Shown in pieces: positions 18,677-26,509 of a DNA stretch of 47,126 bases. Position numbers and translations under genes: made by a program. The stretch lies in the IMG/VR virus record IMGVR_UViG_3300044769_000038. One strand, written 5' to 3'. The notes under the pieces were generated by a model. That model was not told where the DNA came from. It ran no database searches and worked only from the letters and a program-made list of their open reading frames with translations. Every line of letters starts with the position of its first letter. Position 1 is the first letter of the stretch. Source of the stretch: a virus.

Positions 18677-19060
18677 ATGATTCTCAGGGGGTTCCGAAAT
18701 GAGGACATACCTGCCATTGACAAAATTTGGCGGGATCACCACAGTTCTGATTTTTCCGTCCCTGACAGAGAAAACAGGATTGTGGACGCGGTGGTGGTCG
18801 AGGGTGAGCAGGTTATTGGCTATGGACAGGTCAAGCTGTTTGCAGAGGCCATGCTCATCCTCGACCTGAGCGCCACGAGACGACAGAAAGTCGAAGCCAT
18901 CAAGCTACTCATGTTAGAAGCGTTCAGGGGTTGCGACCAGGCTGGCATTCATCAAGTATACGCTTTCATTAAAGATCCCGACTTCGCTACTCTCATCTCT
19001 CGCCACTTCGGATTTGAAGTGGTTGACAAGGGTGAGTTACTCTTGAGAGAGGAAGTATAA
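18677..19060 (+). CDS. Small GNAT-like acetyltransferase (tentative)
   Basis: 127 aa with the overall GNAT pattern (VVVEGEQVIGYGQV ... HQVYAFIKDPDFATLISRHFGFEVV). The acetyl-CoA motif is weak. Confidence 0.4.
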   Translation: MILRGFRNEDIPAIDKIWRDHHSSDFSVPDRENRIVDAVVVEGEQVIGYGQVKLFAEAMLILDLSATRRQKVEAIKLLMLEAFRGCDQAGIHQVYAFIKDPDFATLISRHFGFEVVDKGELLLREEV

Positions 19061-19061
19061 C

Positions 19062-20432
19062 ATGGGTGGTGGTGGCGAGAAGAAAAAGACCAACTCTATG
19101 CTTGACACTCAAAACCGTCAGGCACAGAGTGAGCACAACGAGTACATGAGTGCCGTGAGTCCCCAACTCAAGGGCTCTCAGGACCGTGCCTCCGACATGT
19201 ATAACAGCATGTATGGTGGCCTTGACCGCTTCACGTCAGGTGGCGCTGATTACGACCCCACCAAATACGGAAGCCTCAACGACTTCGTTGACAAAGGTGG
19301 TGGCGGAGCTGGTGGAGACCCCGGTGGCGTCGGTGCTGCGGGTGCTGACCCACGTTTCGGTGACGTCGAGGGTTCCTATCGCAACTTCATGGGTGGCGGT
19401 GGTGTTGACACCGGCATGTTCAATCGCATGCAGGGAAACCTGGCTGAGATTGGCGAGACGGGTGGTTGGGATGCTGGCCGTCGCGCGTCAATTGACGAGA
19501 ACGTGAGAGGCTTCAAGGACATCGCGCGCACCGGAGGGGTTGACACTGAGGGTCAGGCTCGTATGCGTGGGTCCGGAGTATTCGATGAGTTTGCCAAAAC
19601 GGGTGGACTCAGCGACATGGACCGGACTCGCATGCGCGCGAGGGGAACCTCAACGGTCCCCGCCTTCTACGACGCAGCGAAACAGGAAGCGGGTCGCACA
19701 GCGGCGGTTCAGGGCGGTTACGGTCCTGGCCAGTCGGCACTCCTCGGACGCATGGCTCGTGAGGGCTCAGCAGAAGCTGCCAAGGCTGCCCGTGAGACTG
19801 AGCTGGGCATCTCCGACCAGGTGATGAAGGGCCGTCAGTGGGGTGGCACGAACATCGCTTCTTCTGAGGGAACTCTCCAGGATCTGCTCTCGAAGAATCG
19901 ACTGGCTGGTCTCACAGGAGCCTCGACAGCTGAGACCAACATGGTCAACTCGATTGCTCAGAATCGGACCAGCGCGGCTGGGACTGGTGCTGGCAACGAG
20001 GTCGGGATGCAGGGTGTCATTCAGAAGGGTAAGATGTTCGGAACGCAGGGTCTGGAGGGTATGGCTGAGAGTGCCGCCGACAGAGCTGCCCGAGCCTCTG
20101 CTGCTTCGGGTGCCGCTGGTGCTGCGAGTGCCGCTCAACAGATGGCCAACGCGAAGTGGCAGGCACAGTTCGACCGTGAGGGTCGGCAGTATGGTATCGA
20201 GGGCATGAACTCACTATACGGGACGGCTCCCGCAGAAGTGGACATGTATCTCGGTGCTCACGACCAGGGCCAGGCTCGCATCAACAGCAATCAGGGTCGC
20301 ATCGTGGACCAGCGCATGGCGAACAATCCCCAGCGTGACTGGATGAGCATGATTGGCGGGTTGGCTGGTGCTGCTGGTGGCGCGATGACCGGCATCGGAG
20401 CCCTCGGTTACAAGCCCGGCGCACGAGTCTAG
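19062..20432 (+). CDS. Gly-rich putative internal virion protein with internal repeats
   Basis: 456 aa with a repeated (K/R)TGG(V/L)(D/S)...R(M)R motif and Gly/Ala-rich tracts. Position after the fibre cluster. Confidence 0.45.
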   Translation: MGGGGEKKKTNSMLDTQNRQAQSEHNEYMSAVSPQLKGSQDRASDMYNSMYGGLDRFTSGGADYDPTKYGSLNDFVDKGGGGAGGDPGGVGAAGADPRFGDVEGSYRNFMGGGGVDTGMFNRMQGNLAEIGETGGWDAGRRASIDENVRGFKDIARTGGVDTEGQARMRGSGVFDEFAKTGGLSDMDRTRMRARGTSTVPAFYDAAKQEAGRTAAVQGGYGPGQSALLGRMAREGSAEAAKAARETELGISDQVMKGRQWGGTNIASSEGTLQDLLSKNRLAGLTGASTAETNMVNSIAQNRTSAAGTGAGNEVGMQGVIQKGKMFGTQGLEGMAESAADRAARASAASGAAGAASAAQQMANAKWQAQFDREGRQYGIEGMNSLYGTAPAEVDMYLGAHDQGQARINSNQGRIVDQRMANNPQRDWMSMIGGLAGAAGGAMTGIGALGYKPGARV

Positions 20433-20440
20433 AGGTCAAC

Positions 20441-21562
20441 ATGAGAATCACAGACCGAAACGAAAACCCGTTTGACAGCTACCGTCGAACCAGCATGTTG
20501 GCTCCTCAGCGTGAGACGTCAACCATGCCGACCTTCGGAGACCCAGGTTCTGGCATAGGGCAGGGATTCGGTGAGACCCTGCCCGCTGCGAAGCCGGACC
20601 CCATGCGAGGCTATGATGACGAAATCATGGGCCTCATGAAGCCGTCTCCGGGGCTGCTCGCATACAAGGAATACCTGAGCACCACGCCGAAGCGTGAGGA
20701 CTATGCCCCCTCGGGCTGGACTCGCGCAGCGGCTGGCCTCTCAGGACTCTCGGCTGGCATGAAGAACGCCGGTGAGGGAATCAGGGTCGCCCAGGGTGTC
20801 AACGAGTCGGGCTATCGCAACGCGATGGAAGATTATGGAATCAGAGGCTCCGGTCTGAAGGAAACTGCTGGCATCGAGCAGGATGACCGAGCAAATCAGG
20901 TCAAGGTGCTCCAGCAGGCTCGAGCGATGGGTCTCGACTACGACAAGCTTCTGGAGCAGAAGCGTCAGTTCGATACGACCTCCAAACAGGGACAGGAGAA
21001 GATCGATATCGACCGTCAACGTGCTGAAGCCTATGTCGCTGACAAACAGCGAAAGGGCTACGATACCATCAAGCTCGCCAACGGCTCGGTGATGTTCACC
21101 AACAAGAACGACCCCAATGACAGCTACACCAAGACTCCGAGGGAGATGGGTGGGGCGACCATCGAGGCTGGTCAGCTTGGTGCGACTCAGTATTCCAATC
21201 AGACTGGTCGCATCAATGCCGGAACCGCAGCTGCTGGACAGCAGGAGACGGCGTATCAGAACTACTGGACACGCAATCGTCCAGCAGAATCACCACGAGT
21301 GGAAGATTCCAGCAAGGCGTCGGCTCTCGCTCTCGAGAGGCTTTCACAGGACCCGACGTTCGCTGAGTTCTTCAAGGACGATGGGAAGGGTGCCCTCACC
21401 ATCGACCGTTCCAAGATGACCAGCCCACGGTATCGGACGTTCCAGAAGGCTCTGGACGATACTGCGAAGGCCATCAACGATGGCATCATCTTCGACCCAC
21501 CAGCGGGTCCAGCATGGGGAACGCCACCCCCACGGTCGTTGTTCGGCGGAGGAGGTAGGTAA
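20441..21562 (+). CDS. Putative internal virion protein
   Basis: 373-aa ORF. Its stop overlaps the next ATG (TAATG). Charged and Gly-rich. Confidence 0.4.
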   Translation: MRITDRNENPFDSYRRTSMLAPQRETSTMPTFGDPGSGIGQGFGETLPAAKPDPMRGYDDEIMGLMKPSPGLLAYKEYLSTTPKREDYAPSGWTRAAAGLSGLSAGMKNAGEGIRVAQGVNESGYRNAMEDYGIRGSGLKETAGIEQDDRANQVKVLQQARAMGLDYDKLLEQKRQFDTTSKQGQEKIDIDRQRAEAYVADKQRKGYDTIKLANGSVMFTNKNDPNDSYTKTPREMGGATIEAGQLGATQYSNQTGRINAGTAAAGQQETAYQNYWTRNRPAESPRVEDSSKASALALERLSQDPTFAEFFKDDGKGALTIDRSKMTSPRYRTFQKALDDTAKAINDGIIFDPPAGPAWGTPPPRSLFGGGGR

Positions 21563-24500
21563 TGCCTCAGGGCCGATATAGCTACAGAAAGTCGGAGCCG
21601 TCCGAGTATCAGACTCGGATGGACTCCTATCGTAAAGAACTCGCACAAACCCCGGAACCTGCTGAAGAAACCTGGGGTCATTGGGCCGCTGATAACGTCG
21701 TTCCTACAGTCATCAGAACGGTTCCAGCAATCGGAGGTGGTATACTGGGCGCTGCTGGTGGTCCCATCGGTGTCGCTGCTGGTGGAGCTGCTGGTGCCGG
21801 TCTTGGCTCAGCGGCTGCTCAGGCATACGAGCGGTGGCGTGGGACGCGCACGGAGTATAGCCCCGGTGAGATAGCCCTCGATACGGGTCTGGGGGCGATT
21901 CCGTTTGCCAATGCTTCCAAAGGCGCCAGCACACTTGCTCGGATGGGTATTCATGCTGCTCAGGGCGCTGGGATGGCCGGTGCCTCGACGGTGGGTGAAT
22001 CGCTCATCAATCGTGGCGAGTTGCCGGAGTTGTCCGATGTCGGCAGAAACATGCTGACAGGTGGTGCCGTAGGCGGTGTCATTGGAGGGGTAACGGGTCG
22101 CGCAAGGGGTTCAGTTGTCGAACCTCCCGGCACGGAAATCGGACCGCCTCGGAATCCCTACTTCAGGGCACCGTGGGACCGACCTGCTCGCGCGACTGTC
22201 GAACCAGTTGGGCCGATCAACATGGGAAGGGCTCAGCCTATTCCTGAACCGACACCTCCGCCTACTGCGATGGGTAGAGGAGGGGGTGGAGGCTCTTCAG
22301 CTCCTCGCGGATTGCCACCTGGAAGACAGCCTGCTCTCGAAGCGACTCCGGGACGTAGCGAGTTCCCACAGCGTGGGTTACCTGCTGCGAAGAGCCCCTA
22401 TGCTGCCCTTCCTGACAAGGAACTAGAAGGTCTCGTTACGTTTGGTGACGAGGAAGCTTGGCAGGAGCTGTCGAAGCGTGGCCGCGTTACTCCCGCAGGG
22501 CCATCTTCTCTGGAGCGGAAGCCGATTCCGATGGGGCCATCATCGTTGCCCTCGGAACCCGAGTTTCCACCGTCGATCAGGCCACTTGTTGACAAGCTGA
22601 AAAAGTCTGTCGACAAGGATGCAGCAAGACCTCCTCGTCAGCTTGGTGCGCGCCAGGAAATCGCCCCGATAGCTCCTGAACAGCCGATGGGAATCGGTCC
22701 TGTTGAGGAGCCGCGTCCAGTTGGTGCGGGTCGCTCAATGGGAGCTGCACCACCAGCGCCAGCACCCCCTGGAGCGGGGATTCTCACGAGAGCTGCTGGT
22801 ATGCAGGTGCCTCCGAGAATCGGTCAGCCTGTGCCCGATATGCCAGCCGTTCCGGGTCGTCCCATGTCAGGGCCACGTGGGCCGATGCCTGGACTGGAAC
22901 CCGTGGGTGAAGTTGGTCAGCCACACTCACCGATGGCTGCTCCACCCCCTGAACCTGCTCCGATGGCAAGAACAGCTCCAGCGAGAACGCCTCAGACGGT
23001 GCCGGAATACGATGCGGCTATCACAGCGCTCGAGGATCGTCTCTACAACACGGACGTTGGCGATGATATGGAAGGGCCGCTCTTCACCAAACTCCAGAGG
23101 CTCAAGGCGGAGCGTGGGGAGCTTATCGATAGCTCGCCACTTCCAGATGAAGGGCCTCCGATGGCCGACGTGTATCCTCCGAGAGCTGCTATCCCTGGAT
23201 TCGACAGCCCGAACTTCCCGGCACCGACAGGTCCTCGTGCTGAGAGGATGCCAAGCATCAAGGACGTTGCTCCCATACCAAATCCGGCCAACATACCGGG
23301 TCTGGAACAAGCTCAGGAGCCACCACCACTTGGTGCTCGTGCCAGAAGGCGCGCACAACGGGATAGTGGTGCCGCTGGCAGGCTCCCTTTCGCCGATAGG
23401 CTCCGTGATGAACGGGGCATGGTCGATCTGACGGGTAAGAAGGGTATCCCGAAACAACAGGGATACATCGACGACACGCCAGAAAGGTATAAGCGTTACG
23501 AAGTCTATGATGAGAACGACAAACTCATCCACAAGACTTACGACAGTGATGAAGCGCAGCGTATAGCCGACGTGGAGAATGGCTACGTCAACGATACGGG
23601 TGAGGTAGGACCAGTTCGTAGTGCTACGGAGCCAGTCGGAGACGTTCCTCCAGTAGAAGGAGAACCGACAGGAAAGCCGGGTCTTGGCTCCAAGATCAGC
23701 GATAAGCTCAAACAGGCTCAGGAAGCCTATAAGAACTCGCGTCTTGGAAGCGAGCGTGGCTCAGTGAGTCTCGAAGGAGAGGGACCTACCCCTGGTCAGG
23801 TGGCCAAGAAGTATGGACGGAAGGCTCAGTGGGCAGTTCAAGATACGGGAGCTTGGATTGGTGAAAGACTAGGAGAGGCGCGCACCTACAAGTCAGGGCT
23901 TGATGTGTCTGGCACGCTACGTCAGGGCGGGCATTTCAAGGGTAGGGGCTTCTTCTGGAAAACACTTCCAAACGCATGGAAGTCACTGAGAAGCGAAGAG
24001 GGGGCTCAGGAGACGAGGGACTGGATCAAGTCGCACCCTCTATTTGAGAGGGCCAAACAGGAAGGAATCTTCTTCAGCGACGAGACCAAACTCGAAGACA
24101 AGGTCATCTCGAAAGCTGCTGAAAAGGGCTTCTTCCCCGAGGGTAGCAAGGCTTCTGAGATGTATCAGGGGACCGTGGGAGCGGCTTACAAGCGAACCAA
24201 CGCATACCACGAGAACTTCTTGAACGAGCTACGTCTGCGCGCGTTTGAGGACATGTCGAAGAACGCCAAACCCGAGGAGATGGAGGGACTCGTCAAGTAT
24301 ATCAACAGCGCAACGGGTCGTGGCTCGCTGAAGATGAAGAACATGATAACAGGTAAGGAGCATGATTTTGAGGGCGCAGCAGAGACGCTCAACAAGACAT
24401 TCTTCTCAGCTCGTTTCGCCAAGTCCAGGCTGGACCTACTACCCATTACCAATCCCAGCCTCTACTTCACGATGAAGAATCCCACGGTGACTCTGAATGC

Positions 24501-25083
24501 GTGGAGAGACTTGGCTACGAACGTCGGTTACGTCGCAACGGCCAACGCACTGGCAAAAGCAGCTGGTGCAGAGGTCACGATGGACCCGAGAAATCCCGAC
24601 TTCGGCAAGATAAAGATCGGGAAGTCGCGGCTTGACCTCTCCAACGGTATGCAGCCCTATATCCGTGTGCTGTCACAGTTGGCTACGGGTGAGAAGGTGA
24701 GCTCGGTGACGGGGGAAACTACGAAGCTGAATACTGACAAGTTCGGCGCACCGGATATGCTCGAAACTATCGAGCGATTTGGTGAGGGCAAGCTTGCACC
24801 AGTTCCGGCATTCGTGACGAACCTGTTGCGAGGTAAGCAGATAACTGGAGAGGAGTTGGACTACACGACGCCGAACCCGCTCAAGAACGAGTTTGCGCGT
24901 CTGTTCAGCCCGATGATCGTGGACGACATGTATGACCTGGCGACCACTGATCCGAAGGCATTTGCGTTGATGGCTCCGCTGGCTCTGGCAGGGGATTCCC
25001 TGCAGACTTACGGAGAAGATAGGAAGTCGAAAACGAAAAGCTCGGGGAGCACTGTGGCCCCCCGAACCATCAAGCGACGTTAG
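21562..25083 (+). CDS. Very large putative internal virion / ejection protein with long Pro-rich disordered region
   Basis: 1173 aa. N-terminal Gly/Ala-rich hydrophobic stretch, roughly 400 aa of Pro-rich low complexity, then a structured C-terminal half. It is the last gene of the plus-strand arm. Confidence 0.45.
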   Translation: MPQGRYSYRKSEPSEYQTRMDSYRKELAQTPEPAEETWGHWAADNVVPTVIRTVPAIGGGILGAAGGPIGVAAGGAAGAGLGSAAAQAYERWRGTRTEYSPGEIALDTGLGAIPFANASKGASTLARMGIHAAQGAGMAGASTVGESLINRGELPELSDVGRNMLTGGAVGGVIGGVTGRARGSVVEPPGTEIGPPRNPYFRAPWDRPARATVEPVGPINMGRAQPIPEPTPPPTAMGRGGGGGSSAPRGLPPGRQPALEATPGRSEFPQRGLPAAKSPYAALPDKELEGLVTFGDEEAWQELSKRGRVTPAGPSSLERKPIPMGPSSLPSEPEFPPSIRPLVDKLKKSVDKDAARPPRQLGARQEIAPIAPEQPMGIGPVEEPRPVGAGRSMGAAPPAPAPPGAGILTRAAGMQVPPRIGQPVPDMPAVPGRPMSGPRGPMPGLEPVGEVGQPHSPMAAPPPEPAPMARTAPARTPQTVPEYDAAITALEDRLYNTDVGDDMEGPLFTKLQRLKAERGELIDSSPLPDEGPPMADVYPPRAAIPGFDSPNFPAPTGPRAERMPSIKDVAPIPNPANIPGLEQAQEPPPLGARARRRAQRDSGAAGRLPFADRLRDERGMVDLTGKKGIPKQQGYIDDTPERYKRYEVYDENDKLIHKTYDSDEAQRIADVENGYVNDTGEVGPVRSATEPVGDVPPVEGEPTGKPGLGSKISDKLKQAQEAYKNSRLGSERGSVSLEGEGPTPGQVAKKYGRKAQWAVQDTGAWIGERLGEARTYKSGLDVSGTLRQGGHFKGRGFFWKTLPNAWKSLRSEEGAQETRDWIKSHPLFERAKQEGIFFSDETKLEDKVISKAAEKGFFPEGSKASEMYQGTVGAAYKRTNAYHENFLNELRLRAFEDMSKNAKPEEMEGLVKYINSATGRGSLKMKNMITGKEHDFEGAAETLNKTFFSARFAKSRLDLLPITNPSLYFTMKNPTVTLNAWRDLATNVGYVATANALAKAAGAEVTMDPRNPDFGKIKIGKSRLDLSNGMQPYIRVLSQLATGEKVSSVTGETTKLNTDKFGAPDMLETIERFGEGKLAPVPAFVTNLLRGKQITGEELDYTTPNPLKNEFARLFSPMIVDDMYDLATTDPKAFALMAPLALAGDSLQTYGEDRKSKTKSSGSTVAPRTIKRR

Positions 25084-25289
25084 CCTTCGGTAGTCCCTGA
25101 CGTATCTTCTTCGACGGTGGAGTGCTGAGTGTGGCACGTGTAGTCCACAATCTTCCCTTCATCGTCGAAGTCGGTTTCCATATCGACCCCGCCTGCGTGC
25201 CGGTCCTCGACTTCAAGGCCCTTCTTCAGACCCTCGAGGTCCTCGTCCTTGATCTCCGCGAAAATGACTCGTGTGATTTTGATCTTCAT
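25080..25289 (-). CDS. Hypothetical acidic small protein
   Basis: 69 aa. Its stop overlaps the convergent plus-strand stop (TTAG). Coupled to the upstream gene. Confidence 0.45.
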   Translation of the reverse strand: MKIKITRVIFAEIKDEDLEGLKKGLEVEDRHAGGVDMETDFDDEGKIVDYTCHTQHSTVEEDTSGTTEG

Positions 25290-26509
25290 AGTTTCCCCAT
25301 CTTATTGTAACGCTCTAGAACCTTGGGGTCAAGGACTAAATGTGTCTCTGTATACCCCACTCCCCTACCCGTCGGCACCTGCTCAGTTTCCACCCGTATA
25401 GCCTTCGCTTGTAACAGAGATTCTACAATCACTACCATCTCGTCAGAGTTGAAGTGACCCCAGAACTTACGGAGTAGGTTACTGACGGTATCCCTATGCC
25501 CTTCGACGGACAACAGATGCCGCAAGACTACCGCGATTCCCTCCTTTGATAAAGACTTGCCCTGAGCACCGAGAGTAACCTTGCGCGCTCCAGGGACAAA
25601 AGCTGAACATACTTCGATGGCCTTTGTGATGTCCTCGATTGTGAGTAGAAGACTCGTGTCACGACTGAGTGACAAAAGAGTAGCAACCTTGAGTACTGAG
25701 TCGGTGAATCGCTCAAGTGTTCCTGTGTCATCATCATGCTCACTTTTGTCGAACTCTAGATACCAGTCATTATACAACGCTTTGGCTGGTGGTGTCCACT
25801 CAAATGCACCCTTGACTGTCGAGAGCTTCTTCAGATACGCTGCCAAGTCAGGGATGCTTACGATGGTGTCAGGTTTCTCCGTAAGGGAGTTGCTTCCAGA
25901 CTTCTTATCCGCATGGATAATGAACGTCCGTGCTACGAACCCACCACCGAGCGCATTCTGTGGCACCGCCTCCTTAAAGTGTGTTTCGTTCGATGCTCCT
26001 ATCATCGTCAGGTAAGGTTCTTTGAGCGCCTTCTTGCCCCCACCCTTAGTAAGATAGTCCCATGTTTTATCATGATAGTTCCGGTCGTATAGGTCGGTCA
26101 GAATCGTTAGAGCGGACTCATTCTGGATGATGAACGAGGCGAACTCAGACGATACTAGATACCCACGACTGTCCATGATAGGTGGTCTACCATTCTTACT
26201 CGTCGAGGCAGTTGCAAGCTCGCTAATGATGGCCTCGATAGAACTTCTACCTGCAAACACACGGGTGTTGTCGACCTCCTCAACCAATGACTTAGCGAGT
26301 TGGACAGGAGGCCCTTTTCTCAACCCTGAACGCCCCACCAGAATGACATATATGTTGGGCCACAGCTTGTAATAATGTCGGTCGAGGTATACGTTATTCG
26401 CAACCACGGCAGAAATAGCTGACAAGCCTGCCCAATAATAGTATTCTTTTGGAGATTCAGAATCCTTGGTCGATTCAAGAACCTGATCAATCCACGTCAC
26501 ATTATGCAA
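25286..26509 (-). CDS. Putative replication protein (DUF3987-like helicase/primase-associated domain) with degenerate P-loop
   Basis: 407 aa. YYYWAGLSAISAVVANNV ... LWPNIYVILVGRSGLRKG resembles DUF3987-type phage proteins, but the Walker A Lys-Ser/Thr is not canonical. Confidence 0.35.
   Translation of the reverse strand: MHNVTWIDQVLESTKDSESPKEYYYWAGLSAISAVVANNVYLDRHYYKLWPNIYVILVGRSGLRKGPPVQLAKSLVEEVDNTRVFAGRSSIEAIISELATASTSKNGRPPIMDSRGYLVSSEFASFIIQNESALTILTDLYDRNYHDKTWDYLTKGGGKKALKEPYLTMIGASNETHFKEAVPQNALGGGFVARTFIIHADKKSGSNSLTEKPDTIVSIPDLAAYLKKLSTVKGAFEWTPPAKALYNDWYLEFDKSEHDDDTGTLERFTDSVLKVATLLSLSRDTSLLLTIEDITKAIEVCSAFVPGARKVTLGAQGKSLSKEGIAVVLRHLLSVEGHRDTVSNLLRKFWGHFNSDEMVVIVESLLQAKAIRVETEQVPTGRGVGYTETHLVLDPKVLERYNKMGKL

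Noticed and set aside
21262-23532. Long alternate-frame ORFs across the Pro-rich region of the 1173-aa gene (21262..21681, 22703..23431, 22927..23532 and others)
   Set aside because: These are low-complexity artefacts of CCN/GGN-rich DNA inside a continuous 3.5-kb ORF.
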